Part shown: positions 1 through 9,782 of the stretch, piece by piece | Layout: each line of letters begins with the position of its first letter | Position numbering within the stretch: the stretch's first letter is position 1 | From: Escherichia phage vB_EcoP-CHD5UKE1 | Length of the DNA: 64,000 nucleotides | Sequence record: NC_070989.1 | Reading direction: 5' to 3' (one strand) | Position numbers and translations under genes: made by a program | The notes under the pieces: model-generated | The model's database searches: none | What the model saw: only the letters and a program-made list of their open reading frames with translations | What the model was told of the DNA's origin: nothing

Positions 1-1181
1 CAAACGGTCAAGTGTTTGATTCTGCTGCACCGAACATCACATATGCGTCCCCTCACACAATGGTAACACTAGCCTCCGCTCCTGGGCAGGTGGCGACTAA
101 CGGGGCAATTCAATCAATCACCTCTACAGACGATGTGGCTCCAGTGGGGGCTGGAGGTAAATACATATCCACAAACTTTGACGCATCACGTTCCAGTCCT
201 ATTTATGGTCGCTCCACTGAGGAGATTCTGACCCGTAACTTTGTTGGTGTTTGGACTATCCGTGCTCATGGTGGTTTTGTAGCAGCTAATACTTCTTGGT
301 CTGTTATCAACAGGGACAGCGCAGCTCCGGCTTTAAACACTTCTGTAGTTGGTGGTAAGGTGGAATCTAAATACACTAACCCAACCTCCTCTCAATATGC
401 TCGTATGTATATTTCCTCTTCTTGGGGGAGTGTTTGTTCTGCCGTGATTGAAGCACAAGGTACAAGTACTCACGCTTATAAGTTTTATGAGGATGGCACT
501 GTTGATTTTAGGCAGTCTGGTAAGACAAACCCATTCCGCATGTACACACCAACTGGAATTTGGTCTGGACTGACGGATGCGGGGCCAAACAATTTAACCA
601 CCGATGGAATGGACAGGGTGGCGATTTCTGGTGGCTCTGACACAGTGGTGCGTGGGTACTCTATTGGAGGATCTAAACCTAATGGTTATCCAACCAAGGT
701 TGGGTATCATATGTATTTGCCGGGAAATGACGCCTTCGGTATCGCCTGTACAACTATTGGAGGAGACAACGGAAGGTTCTGTCGATATTTTTACGACATA
801 GACGGGCAGATATATGGCTCAACTGATTATGGAAACTTTAGCTATACAAAGAGTGGTGTCTCGGATGAAAACCTGAAACATAACATTGTTGATATTGATG
901 CAGAAAGAGCTATTGAAGTAATAAAAGGACTGAAGTTCAAATCCTTTGTTTACAACGATGATGAGAAGAATCGATCTCGTCGTGGTATCATTGCACAGCA
1001 GGCAGAGACGGTAGAACCTCTGTATGTCAAGACTCGTAAGTATCCCGGAACTGGAAACGGCGATTCTATGAAAGAGCAGAAAGAGTTAGACACAACTCCT
1101 ATGCTACTTGACACTATGCAGGTTGTTCAGAATTTGCTGAAGCGTGTAGAAGAGTTAGAAGCTCAACTGGCTGCTAAGTAA
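1..1181 (+). CDS. tail fibre/tailspike protein, C-terminal part (5' end outside window), with peptidase-S74-like intramolecular chaperone domain
   Basis: Frame stays open to base 1. C-terminal ~120 aa (GVSDENLKHN...GLKFKSFVYNDDEK...RRGIIAQQ...coiled-coil EELEAQL) match the auto-cleaving chaperone domain of phage fibres/endosialidases. Terminator follows. Confidence 0.75.
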   Translation, partial: NGQVFDSAAPNITYASPHTMVTLASAPGQVATNGAIQSITSTDDVAPVGAGGKYISTNFDASRSSPIYGRSTEEILTRNFVGVWTIRAHGGFVAANTSWSVINRDSAAPALNTSVVGGKVESKYTNPTSSQYARMYISSSWGSVCSAVIEAQGTSTHAYKFYEDGTVDFRQSGKTNPFRMYTPTGIWSGLTDAGPNNLTTDGMDRVAISGGSDTVVRGYSIGGSKPNGYPTKVGYHMYLPGNDAFGIACTTIGGDNGRFCRYFYDIDGQIYGSTDYGNFSYTKSGVSDENLKHNIVDIDAERAIEVIKGLKFKSFVYNDDEKNRSRRGIIAQQAETVEPLYVKTRKYPGTGNGDSMKEQKELDTTPMLLDTMQVVQNLLKRVEELEAQLAAK

Positions 1182-1185
1182 AGGA

Positions 1186-1206
1186 TTGCCCCTTCGGGGG
1201 CTTTTA
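1186..1206 (+). terminator. rho-independent terminator after tail-fibre gene
   Basis: GC hairpin tgcccc-ttcg-ggggc followed by TTTT. Confidence 0.6.
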
Positions 1207-1275
1207 GAAGTTAAACTAGTGAATAGGTAATGAAACTAATATATCCCAAGAGGTTAATATATAGGAGACACTCAA

Positions 1276-1494
1276 ATGAAAATGATGAAACAAGCTGCAT
1301 ATGGTTTAATCTGTTTAGGTGCAGGTGTTGTGGTGTCAACCGCAGTTCCTGTAAGCGCAGTTCATCCACTAGTAACTGTCCCTGCTCCAGTAGAGAAGCT
1401 TAGCTCTCAATGCAAGCAGAGAACAATTCAAAATAACCTAGTTGTTATTTGTCCTGATGCTGAATCTAACGCTCTAAGAAAGATACTACCTTAA
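1276..1494 (+). CDS. small secreted/membrane protein (N-terminal signal-like hydrophobic segment), possibly lysis-associated
   Basis: RBS AGGAGA 8 nt upstream of ATG; hydrophobic N-terminus AAYGLICLGAGVVVSTAVPVSA; lies directly upstream of the lysozyme gene. Confidence 0.5.
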   Translation: MKMMKQAAYGLICLGAGVVVSTAVPVSAVHPLVTVPAPVEKLSSQCKQRTIQNNLVVICPDAESNALRKILP

Positions 1495-1523
1495 TTTAAA
1501 GGGACCACAAAAGGAGGTTAGAA

Positions 1524-2015
1524 ATGGATAACGTCGCATTGCCACCTGTACAATTAAACTTAAGCCCAGCTGGAATGGAATTCATCATGAAGCATGAGGG
1601 TATGAGAACAAAGGCTTATAAAGATTCCGCAGGTATCTGGACTATATGTGTAGGGGCTACGCGCGATATGAATGGTTATCCGGTTAGACAAGGATTAACG
1701 TATTCTATAGAGGATTGTCTAGCTCTGCTAGATAGAGACACACAAGACTCTGTTCGTGCTACTCAGAAGAACATAAAGGTTCCTTTACTAGTTCATGAGT
1801 TTGATGCACTCACTTCTTTCAACTTCAACGTTGGCAGTGGTGCTTTGAGCACATCTAAGTTAAGGAAAGTAATCAATGGAGATGTTAAGGGAGACGTTTA
1901 TTCCGAATTTCTTCGTTGGGATAAAATAACGGTCAAGGGAGAGAAGCAGAGAAGTCAGGGTCTTCATAATAGAAGAGTTGCAGAAGCTAATCTTTACACC
2001 GAAGGTAAATATTAA
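1524..2015 (+). CDS. lysozyme/endolysin, glycoside hydrolase family 24 (T4 E-like)
   Basis: RBS AAGGAGG; motifs HEG...KAYKD..G.WTI.VG and FDALTSFNFNVG align with T4-type lysozyme catalytic region. Confidence 0.9.
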   Translation: MDNVALPPVQLNLSPAGMEFIMKHEGMRTKAYKDSAGIWTICVGATRDMNGYPVRQGLTYSIEDCLALLDRDTQDSVRATQKNIKVPLLVHEFDALTSFNFNVGSGALSTSKLRKVINGDVKGDVYSEFLRWDKITVKGEKQRSQGLHNRRVAEANLYTEGKY

Positions 2016-2027
2016 TGGAGGTGCCTT

Positions 2028-2831
2028 TTGGCTATCGAAACTAATGCGGTAGTTATTACCGATTTAAACCCACTCTATCCTAGAGACAGGGATTACATCT
2101 ACGAGGGGGCGGCTCAAATCCGCCTCATTAAACAAACATTACAGAATACATTCCCCAATGTTACAGAACCAGTTGATATTGATTCTGACACCTTTAAGAT
2201 TATGTCAGAGAAGCTCAAGTTTACTGGTGATGCAATGGATGTTGGTGGTCTTATGATCAAGAACGTTACTCCGGGAACTGGCGACAAGGACGTTGTTACT
2301 AAAGGCCAGATGGAAGCGTTCATGAAGAACTGGATGGAGAATAAGCTCTATCGAATTGGTTCTTACTACATCACTGAAGAAGATATTAACCCCGGTGATT
2401 CTATCTCCTTAGGGTTTGGTTCTTGGGCTAAAGTGACTGGTGTCATTATGGGCACTGGTGTAGTAAACCCTGATGGTTCTGTCCCTAATGCTCAGAGAGT
2501 TGAGTTCCAAGCAGGTGGTACTGGTGGTCGTGTCTTCAACACCATTCGAACAGAGAACGTACCTTTGATGACAGTTAATGGCTCCAGCTTCTCCTTATCC
2601 AGTAACACCCACAGCCACAATATGGTATTTGGTCGTGGAGATGCTAGTGGTCATAACAGCTCGCCAAACTGGTATAGCCCGGGTGGTGGTTACAGCCAGA
2701 GAACTGATAATGACACACATACTCATACAATCTCTGGTAGTGTAAGTCTTGGTCGTGATGATATCTCTCGTCAACCTATTAACACTTTGCCACCATTCAG
2801 AGCAGCTCACATTTGGAGACGTATTAGCTAA
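2028..2831 (+). CDS. virion structural protein (putative tail/fibre-associated), Gly-rich
   Basis: Only in-frame start after upstream stop is TTG at 2028, preceded by GGAGGT; position inside structural module; no recognisable catalytic motif. Confidence 0.55.
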   Translation: MAIETNAVVITDLNPLYPRDRDYIYEGAAQIRLIKQTLQNTFPNVTEPVDIDSDTFKIMSEKLKFTGDAMDVGGLMIKNVTPGTGDKDVVTKGQMEAFMKNWMENKLYRIGSYYITEEDINPGDSISLGFGSWAKVTGVIMGTGVVNPDGSVPNAQRVEFQAGGTGGRVFNTIRTENVPLMTVNGSSFSLSSNTHSHNMVFGRGDASGHNSSPNWYSPGGGYSQRTDNDTHTHTISGSVSLGRDDISRQPINTLPPFRAAHIWRRIS

Positions 2832-2840
2832 GGAGGAATT

Positions 2841-5800
2841 ATGGCGCTGTATCCAATAAAGTCGCTAGGTGCTGTAGGCGTTATCGCTGATCAGGCTCCG
2901 ACAGACTTAGCTCCTAATGCTTTCACTAATGCTATAAATGCTCGATTTGTTGAGCAGAGAGTATTTAAGACGGGGGGCAATGCCCCTCTTTCTTATGTAG
3001 ACGAAGATAAGGATTTAACCCCTCTGTCTTTCGTTTCTATGCCTTTCGATTATTATAGCGCAGGTAATAGCTTTCTTGTTGTAGGTACAGATAAGAAGTT
3101 ATATAAACTGACAGATGAAAGCTTGACTGATATTAGCCGTAAGGTTGCTACAGTCACCAAGAAGGCTTCTGCCTCAATTAAGATTTATCCAGTTGTTTCT
3201 CAGATCGTTCCTAAAGAATCAACTATCTCAATGAACTTCAATCAGACCAAGAATCTAGAGGTTTCTCTTCTCCCTGCCGATGCTAACAATACTGATCTTA
3301 TTTGGGAGGTTAGTAATTCATCCTATGGAAGTGTTATGGTAGACCCTAGTGACTCCAAACTTGCTACTCTAACATCTTTTGAGAAAGAGGGTAATCTTGT
3401 AGTAACTATCTCTACTGCCAATGAATCCGTAGTGGCTCAGATTGCTGTTAATATCATCGATGGTGATTCAGGCATCTTCTTGAGTCAAGATACTGTTACA
3501 ATTCGTAAAGGAGGGACTACTACTCTCACGGTTGTTACTGGCAAAACCCCTGTAACTTGGTCCAGCAATAACGCTTCTATTGTATCTGTAACCCCTAACG
3601 CCAACTCTTTAACTGCTGTCATTACAGCGAATGGAGAAGGTAATGTAACAATCACTGCTGATAACGGGACTAAGACTGCTTCTTGTGAGATTGTTTCTAT
3701 CCCTCAGATTGATAGTATCTCTTTAAGCCAGTCAGATGTTACTGTGAGTAGAGGTTCTCAGTATATTTTAACTGCCACCCTTTCTCCTGCTAACGCCCCT
3801 AATCAAAACATTACTTGGACCTCTTCTAACCCAAATATTGCAACAGTATCAGGGACTAGCACACAAGGGACAGTAAATGCTTTACTTGCTGGCTTTACTG
3901 AGATTACAGCTACCACTGAAGAAGGTAATAGAGTTGCTGTCTGTACTGTACGTGTAGATTTAGCTGGAAGGACAATGAGAACAAGTGCTATGGCATTTGC
4001 TGCTCCTGTATCAGAGTCGGTAGAAACTCAAGATGAGGAAGTAGTAACTCCTCCTGAAAGTGAGGAAGTTGTTTATTTTGCTGAGCCTACATCTGGTATA
4101 GATACGTCAGGGATGTATGAAGGTAATAACTTCTATGACTACTCTAACGTGAATGATATTGAAGGTTTTGCAAGAGCTTCTTTACTGGCAACCCCTTTGT
4201 CATCTGTAACCTTAGATATTGTCAGCGCTTCTCTTGATGTTGGTGAAGAGATTGTCATTACAGCCACAGCTTCTCCAGAAGGTGAGTACTCTTATCAGTG
4301 GTCTGTTGATAAAACTGGTTATGTTTCTACAACTTCAGTTACTGGTAAATCTATCAAACTGGTTGCTCTTCGTAAAGGAGAGATTAACGTAACATGTACT
4401 GTCAGTCAGATGACTCAGAAAGATTACGATGCTTTTGATGACTATCCTTGGTATCACGCTGTTATCTCTAACTGTGCAGTTGCTACAACTCACTATGAAA
4501 CTCCTCAGGTAAAAGAATTCGAATCAGAATACTTTGTAGACCTTCCGGGGTGGGGTGAGCAAACAGTTGTTGATAATGATGGAAACCCTTCAGTCAAGAA
4601 GTTTAACTGGAAATGTGAGAGAGTGAGATCTTTTAACAACCGTCTTTTTGCCCTGAATATGAGAGAGGCTAATGCTTCTGGTGTTACCACTAACTACCCG
4701 CTTCGTCTTCGTTGGTCTAACTTTGCCAATGAGAACAAGGCTCCTACACTGTGGGATGATTTTGCTTACGATCGTGTTGTGTCTTCGGACTTAGCTTCTA
4801 ACATCGTAGGGCAGACTCAGGCTCTAGAGAATGGATATGCTGGTTACATTGATTTAGCTGACTCTAACGGCAGCTTGATTGATATCCTACCTCTTAAAGA
4901 TTACTTGTTCGTTTATACAGAGTTTGAAACGTATATAGGTTCTCCGACTAATAACACGTACCAACCTCTAATGTTCAAGAAGCTCTTTAATGACTCTGGT
5001 ATCCTTGCTCCTGAGTGTGTGGTTGAAGTAGAAGGTAGTCACTTCGTAGTTACTCAGAACGATGTAATCTTACACAATGGTGCAACCAAGAAGTCAATTG
5101 CATCTAACCGTGTCAAGAACATGTTGATTAACGAGGTGTGTCTGGTTAACCCTCTAGCAACTCGAGTACACTTGCATCAGGATAAGAAAGAAGTTTGGGT
5201 TCTGTACGTAGGTCCGGGAGAACCAAAAGAAAGCTTCGCTTGTACTAAAGCTGCTGTATGGAATTATGAGTTTGATACTTGGTCTTTCCGTACTATTCCA
5301 TATGCTCAGTGTATCGGTCTTGTTGATCCTCCTGTTTTAGAAAGAGGTCCAATCTGGTCTGACTTCCAAGAAATCACTTGGGATGACCCATCTATTAAAG
5401 AACTTGTTTGGAGAAAGGATGCAACAAACTTCAGACAGAGGGTTACGATAGTAGGTTCGTTCTTGAGGGGATTCTATCAGGTGGATGTAGGTGCTCTTGA
5501 CTATTTCTATGACAGGCTAAACGATGTTGTTATAGAGAAGCCTCTGGAAATGAGGTTGGAGAGGACTGGTATAGATTTTGATAATGTGACTAATGAGTGG
5601 AATCAGAAGCATATTAACAGGTTCCGGCCTCAGACAACCGGTTCAGGTACTTACATATTTGAAGCTGGTGGTAGTCAATTCTCAAATGAATATGGACACC
5701 CACACACATCGAAGACTTATACAATTGGTGTTGACAGGCATGTCTCGGTGAGACTGAACCATCCATACCTTTTCTATAATGTTATAGATAATGATGTTAA

Positions 5801-5858
5801 CAGTAATGCTGCTATCAATGGTTTAACGATAGAGTTTGCTGTTGGTGGGCGGAGATAA
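2841..5858 (+). CDS. large virion structural protein with tandem bacterial Ig-like (Big_2) domains; putative tail/tailspike component
   Basis: 1005 aa; two adjacent ~80-aa repeats (LSQDTVTIRKGGTTTLTV...VTITA and LSQSDVTVSRGSQYILTATLSPANAP...ITATT) typical of Big_2; RBS AGGAGG. Confidence 0.7.
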   Translation: MALYPIKSLGAVGVIADQAPTDLAPNAFTNAINARFVEQRVFKTGGNAPLSYVDEDKDLTPLSFVSMPFDYYSAGNSFLVVGTDKKLYKLTDESLTDISRKVATVTKKASASIKIYPVVSQIVPKESTISMNFNQTKNLEVSLLPADANNTDLIWEVSNSSYGSVMVDPSDSKLATLTSFEKEGNLVVTISTANESVVAQIAVNIIDGDSGIFLSQDTVTIRKGGTTTLTVVTGKTPVTWSSNNASIVSVTPNANSLTAVITANGEGNVTITADNGTKTASCEIVSIPQIDSISLSQSDVTVSRGSQYILTATLSPANAPNQNITWTSSNPNIATVSGTSTQGTVNALLAGFTEITATTEEGNRVAVCTVRVDLAGRTMRTSAMAFAAPVSESVETQDEEVVTPPESEEVVYFAEPTSGIDTSGMYEGNNFYDYSNVNDIEGFARASLLATPLSSVTLDIVSASLDVGEEIVITATASPEGEYSYQWSVDKTGYVSTTSVTGKSIKLVALRKGEINVTCTVSQMTQKDYDAFDDYPWYHAVISNCAVATTHYETPQVKEFESEYFVDLPGWGEQTVVDNDGNPSVKKFNWKCERVRSFNNRLFALNMREANASGVTTNYPLRLRWSNFANENKAPTLWDDFAYDRVVSSDLASNIVGQTQALENGYAGYIDLADSNGSLIDILPLKDYLFVYTEFETYIGSPTNNTYQPLMFKKLFNDSGILAPECVVEVEGSHFVVTQNDVILHNGATKKSIASNRVKNMLINEVCLVNPLATRVHLHQDKKEVWVLYVGPGEPKESFACTKAAVWNYEFDTWSFRTIPYAQCIGLVDPPVLERGPIWSDFQEITWDDPSIKELVWRKDATNFRQRVTIVGSFLRGFYQVDVGALDYFYDRLNDVVIEKPLEMRLERTGIDFDNVTNEWNQKHINRFRPQTTGSGTYIFEAGGSQFSNEYGHPHTSKTYTIGVDRHVSVRLNHPYLFYNVIDNDVNSNAAINGLTIEFAVGGRR

Positions 5859-5863
5859 CAACA

Positions 5864-5886
5864 AGGGGCTTCGTGCCCCTTTTATT
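5864..5886 (+). terminator. rho-independent terminator/attenuator
   Basis: aggggc-ttcgt-gcccct followed by TTTATTGTTTT; lies between two structural genes. Confidence 0.5.
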
Positions 5887-5901
5887 GTTTTGGAGGAACT
5901 T

Positions 5902-6870
5902 ATGGGTGCAGGTGGTTTTCGTAAGAATACTGGTCGCAACAACACCACACTCCCGTACAACGTTGGGTTTCTCAATAATGTACAGGACACAGAAACATAT
6001 AACGTAGCCGTGTATGATGAATTACAAAAAGTTAGCACAGCTACTAACCAAATGTTCCAAGCTATAGATGAAATTCACGAAGAGATTGATGTTCGTATTA
6101 AAGCTCTTAATGCAATGAATCTACAATTTGATGAGCTTGAGAATAGAATTACTACAGAGATAGAAACAGCTATTGCAGATATCCAAACACAGATGGGGAA
6201 TCTCTCCACTGAAGATATTTGGGATAATTCTGTTCAACCTCCTGTAAAATTAGAAAGCACTGTATCTGGCTTTAAAACAAGTATTGAGGGTAACACAACT
6301 AAGATTCAAACGGTAGAAGGTATTGTCAACGACCAAGGTCAAGAGATTGCTTTAGTTCAGACAGAGATTCAAAATATTAATGGAAGCCTCTCTCAGTATA
6401 TGAAGCTTTCTGAATATGAAGCTACATGGGGAGTCAACTCTACAGTAAACGGAAGATATGCTGGGGTCAAGTTAACTAACAACGGAACAAACAGTCAATT
6501 CCAAGTAACAGCTAACAAGTTTATTGTTGGTGATGGCAGCTCTGGTAACACACCTTTTGTGTTTGAGGGTGGTAGGGCTAGAATGGAATTCGCTGACATA
6601 AAGAACGTCAATATCACAACAGCTCAGATTGCTAACGCTAGAATCCAATGGGCACAGATCGATAACGTATCCATCTCCAATGCTCAGATTCAGAACTTGT
6701 CAGCGGATAAGATTACTGCTGGCTCTATGTGGGGTTCTAACTGGAGACTTACTGTTGGTGGGGACTTTGTTATGGGTGGCACAGGTGGGGCACAATTGTG
6801 GATGAATGGTAACAGAATAGACTTCTACGATGGAAGCGGTGCTCTGAGAATCAGGATAGGGAGTTGGTAA
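5902..6870 (+). CDS. tail fibre-like protein with short C-terminal sequence repeats
   Basis: ATG 5902 preceded by GGAGGAA (ORF-track start 5836 lies inside the terminator). N-terminal coiled-coil heptads; repeats NVNITTAQIANARIQWAQIDNVSISNAQIQNLSADKITAG resemble fibre repeats. Confidence 0.6.
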   Translation: MGAGGFRKNTGRNNTTLPYNVGFLNNVQDTETYNVAVYDELQKVSTATNQMFQAIDEIHEEIDVRIKALNAMNLQFDELENRITTEIETAIADIQTQMGNLSTEDIWDNSVQPPVKLESTVSGFKTSIEGNTTKIQTVEGIVNDQGQEIALVQTEIQNINGSLSQYMKLSEYEATWGVNSTVNGRYAGVKLTNNGTNSQFQVTANKFIVGDGSSGNTPFVFEGGRARMEFADIKNVNITTAQIANARIQWAQIDNVSISNAQIQNLSADKITAGSMWGSNWRLTVGGDFVMGGTGGAQLWMNGNRIDFYDGSGALRIRIGSW

Positions 6871-6871
6871 T

Positions 6872-7903
6872 ATGGCATACGGAATATGGACACAACCAGT
6901 AGGGCCGGGGCCAGCAACCCCCGCTCCCTTATTTATTGATAGCGGAAGCACTTTCCCTCAGTTCAAGAATAGTATAAGAGGGAGTTTTAACTTTAATGGG
7001 GCTGGGAGATCTTTCCCTATTAGTGGATGGGATGGCAGTGGTCAGATAGTTATTGTTCCTACCGGTTCTTTATGCTGGCAATGGGAAGTCCCTCCTAACC
7101 TAGTTCCTGATGTTTATTGTGTGAATAATATCTACGTAGAAAACAGTTCCTCTTTTAGAGTTACTCTGAATCAGAACCCCGGCAGTAACCCCTTATTTGA
7201 CTGTGGGTTCAACGTATATCAAATATGGCCTAGAGCGGATAGGAATTACGGAATTACCTTTTCTAATACAGCAGACTACTTCTCGATATCTGATAGTGGG
7301 GTCGTCGGTCAATGTATTTGGGCTTGGCAGGGGACCATAAACAATGCCCTTCAGATACCAAATATCGGTGGGTTCAATATGACCAATGCTGTTGTGTTTG
7401 CTAATTGGTCTGATGGAGGGATAGGACTATCTTATACCTCTGATGACAGGGTTATTCGTGTTTATCAGAACAGACCTTACATAAACGGCAACACTAACGA
7501 GGGTGGTTCTGTGTTTGCTAGAGTTGCAGTATTCTGCAATGGAGCAGGAGTTCCGGAACATAATGGAGGTTTGAATATTTATTCTCCGGGTACCACGCAA
7601 TGTGTCTTCTCTACTAACAGAACACCTTTCACTGTGGATACTTTTATAGGCTCAGGAGGCGGTAACACTGGAATGGCATACCCTATGATACCTCTTACCT
7701 CTGGAATAGGTGCGATAAAAGGCCAAGGCAGTGGATGGAGATATCAGCAAATGAGATCTCACACCATGAGTGGTTCTACGATAGGAACGGGCTATGGAAG
7801 GTATTTATTTCAGTGGGATCAGAATTACGACCTAGGAGCTGATACTGTAGTTAATTTATCAGTTCCTGTAATAAATGCAGCTAAGGTTTTTGCTGGACTA
7901 TAA
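6872..7903 (+). CDS. virion structural protein (hypothetical, tail-associated)
   Basis: Tightly coupled to upstream gene (stop TAA then ATG); Gly/Asn/Ser-rich beta-type composition. Confidence 0.55.
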   Translation: MAYGIWTQPVGPGPATPAPLFIDSGSTFPQFKNSIRGSFNFNGAGRSFPISGWDGSGQIVIVPTGSLCWQWEVPPNLVPDVYCVNNIYVENSSSFRVTLNQNPGSNPLFDCGFNVYQIWPRADRNYGITFSNTADYFSISDSGVVGQCIWAWQGTINNALQIPNIGGFNMTNAVVFANWSDGGIGLSYTSDDRVIRVYQNRPYINGNTNEGGSVFARVAVFCNGAGVPEHNGGLNIYSPGTTQCVFSTNRTPFTVDTFIGSGGGNTGMAYPMIPLTSGIGAIKGQGSGWRYQQMRSHTMSGSTIGTGYGRYLFQWDQNYDLGADTVVNLSVPVINAAKVFAGL

Positions 7904-7915
7904 CAAGGAGATATT

Positions 7916-8698
7916 ATGGCAATTAAGATGGGTATTGAAGAACTAGACCCAATGGTTCAACAGGCTTCAAAGAAGTATGGGATTCCTGCTGCTTTGATTC
8001 ATGCTGTAATCCAAAGAGAGTCTAGTGGTCGTCCTACAGTAGCCTCTGGAACTGGTCCTGTAGGCTTAATGCAGATCAGTAAAGGGTTGGCTAAAGACTA
8101 CGGTTACAAACTAGAAGACAGACTTGACCCAGCAAAGAATATTGATATGGGTGCTCGTTATATTCGAGATAACTTAAAGGCTTTTAATGGTGATGTTAAG
8201 AAAGCAATGGTTGGTTATTCAGAAGGTATTGGTGGAGCTAAGCAAATGTTCGCTGGTAAAAAGGGATTTACACCTCAAGCCCTTGACTCAATGAACAACA
8301 AACACTTTCTTCCTTTCTATGGTGATGCAGCTTCTCAGATTGCTAACCCTATCGGAGCTTTGCAAGCTGTTCAACCAGTTAACCAATTTAGTCCGGATAT
8401 TCTTGATAGAGAGAAGGCTTCTCAAGCTCCAACTCAGGCAGAAATTGCTGCTTCTAAGACTGGTGCTTTAGGTGGTAATCCAGTAGAGTTTTACTCTGAT
8501 GGGGCACAAGAAGGGGAAGATCAGAAGCATCAGCAGAACTTTGGTAATGCAGTATTAGGGGTAGCTGCTATGCTTGCTGGTAAACCTCCCACCTCTCAAA
8601 CAGTTCAGAGGGCAAGTGCACCACATGCAGCAGGTTCTCAGTACAGCCCACAAACACAAGCAGTGCTCCGACGTCTGGCTAGCATTGGTATAAAGTAA
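7916..8698 (+). CDS. virion-associated lytic transglycosylase (SLT domain)
   Basis: RBS AAGGAG; motif ALIHAVIQRESSGRP...GLMQIS with catalytic Glu-Ser and GLMQ signature of SLT/lysozyme-like fold. Confidence 0.8.
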   Translation: MAIKMGIEELDPMVQQASKKYGIPAALIHAVIQRESSGRPTVASGTGPVGLMQISKGLAKDYGYKLEDRLDPAKNIDMGARYIRDNLKAFNGDVKKAMVGYSEGIGGAKQMFAGKKGFTPQALDSMNNKHFLPFYGDAASQIANPIGALQAVQPVNQFSPDILDREKASQAPTQAEIAASKTGALGGNPVEFYSDGAQEGEDQKHQQNFGNAVLGVAAMLAGKPPTSQTVQRASAPHAAGSQYSPQTQAVLRRLASIGIK

Positions 8699-8717
8699 TA
8701 ATCTTTAAGGAGGACTT

Positions 8718-9770
8718 ATGTCTTTATTTGGAAAATCAGCTTCTAGCAAAACCACAGTGGCCCCTTCCTCTCAGGTTGATGCCCTGCTGAAGCAGATTGT
8801 TGCTAATGCTCAGAATATGCAGAACAACGATCCGGGATTCATCTCCCAACAGCTGGCTGGGTTTAATGGCAATCAACAAGGCGCTCTGAACAACTTAGCA
8901 GCTTCTACTACTCAGAAGCAATTGGCTGATATGTACACGCCTCGTACACAGCAAGGGTTGGACCAATTAAACTCTCTTGCACAGCAGTATCAGAATATTG
9001 TCAACGGTGGTGGTCTAACTGCTGATGGTGTTAATAACTTCAGTAAAGGATTGAATAACTCAGCTCTTGCTCAAGCGACTAGTAAGGCAGCTTCCAATGT
9101 ATCTCTCGGAAATGGTTCTGATTCAGGCTCTCTCCGTAGAGCTGCTGCTCAAGGTGCTGCTCTGAACAGTGCTAACACTAACCTGTCTCGTACTATCAGT
9201 GGTAAGAATATGGGTGTAAGTGCTCTGCAACAAGATCAGAACTTCCAGAGAGGGTTGCTTGGTGCTCAGTCTGGTTTAGCTGGACAGAACCTCAATCTTG
9301 GTGCTCAAGGCGTTCAGGCAACTCAACAAGCTATTCAGAATCAGCTGATGGCTGGTAATCTGCAACAGCAACAAGCTCAAGCTCAAGCTGATATTAATTG
9401 GCAGAACGCTATTGGCTCTCAGCAGTATGGGTGGAATCAGCTTAACAACCAACTTAATGTATTAAATAGTGTAAGCCCAATGGCTGGGTATACAATTAAG
9501 AATGCTGCTCCGGGGGTTAATACTGGACAACAGCTCCTAGGTGCTGGTATCACTGGTTTAGGTATTGCAGGTCGTATGGGTGCTTTCTCTCCTAACCAAC
9601 AGACTCAGAATGCTTGGAGTTCCTATAACAACTCAGGTGGGCAATCTGGAATGGCTGGTCCTATGATTGGAGGTTCTAATCTTTCTCAACAGAAAGGTCA
9701 GTCTAACTGGTTATCCACAGCAGGTAGTAATATCTTAGGTGGTGTCTTAGGGGCATTTGGAGCAAACTAA
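8718..9770 (+). CDS. Gln/Asn/Gly-rich virion protein (putative internal/ejection protein)
   Basis: RBS AAGGAGG; low-complexity Q/N/G-rich sequence with glycine-rich C-terminus. Confidence 0.55.
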   Translation: MSLFGKSASSKTTVAPSSQVDALLKQIVANAQNMQNNDPGFISQQLAGFNGNQQGALNNLAASTTQKQLADMYTPRTQQGLDQLNSLAQQYQNIVNGGGLTADGVNNFSKGLNNSALAQATSKAASNVSLGNGSDSGSLRRAAAQGAALNSANTNLSRTISGKNMGVSALQQDQNFQRGLLGAQSGLAGQNLNLGAQGVQATQQAIQNQLMAGNLQQQQAQAQADINWQNAIGSQQYGWNQLNNQLNVLNSVSPMAGYTIKNAAPGVNTGQQLLGAGITGLGIAGRMGAFSPNQQTQNAWSSYNNSGGQSGMAGPMIGGSNLSQQKGQSNWLSTAGSNILGGVLGAFGAN

Positions 9771-9782
9771 AGGAGATTTGAT

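Noticed and set aside
1254-1265. Degenerate promoter-like motif TTAATATATAGG upstream of the small ORF at 1276
   Set aside because: Lacks the G of TAATGTATA and is only 11 nt from the RBS; resemblance to the 12435 site is probably not sufficient for function.
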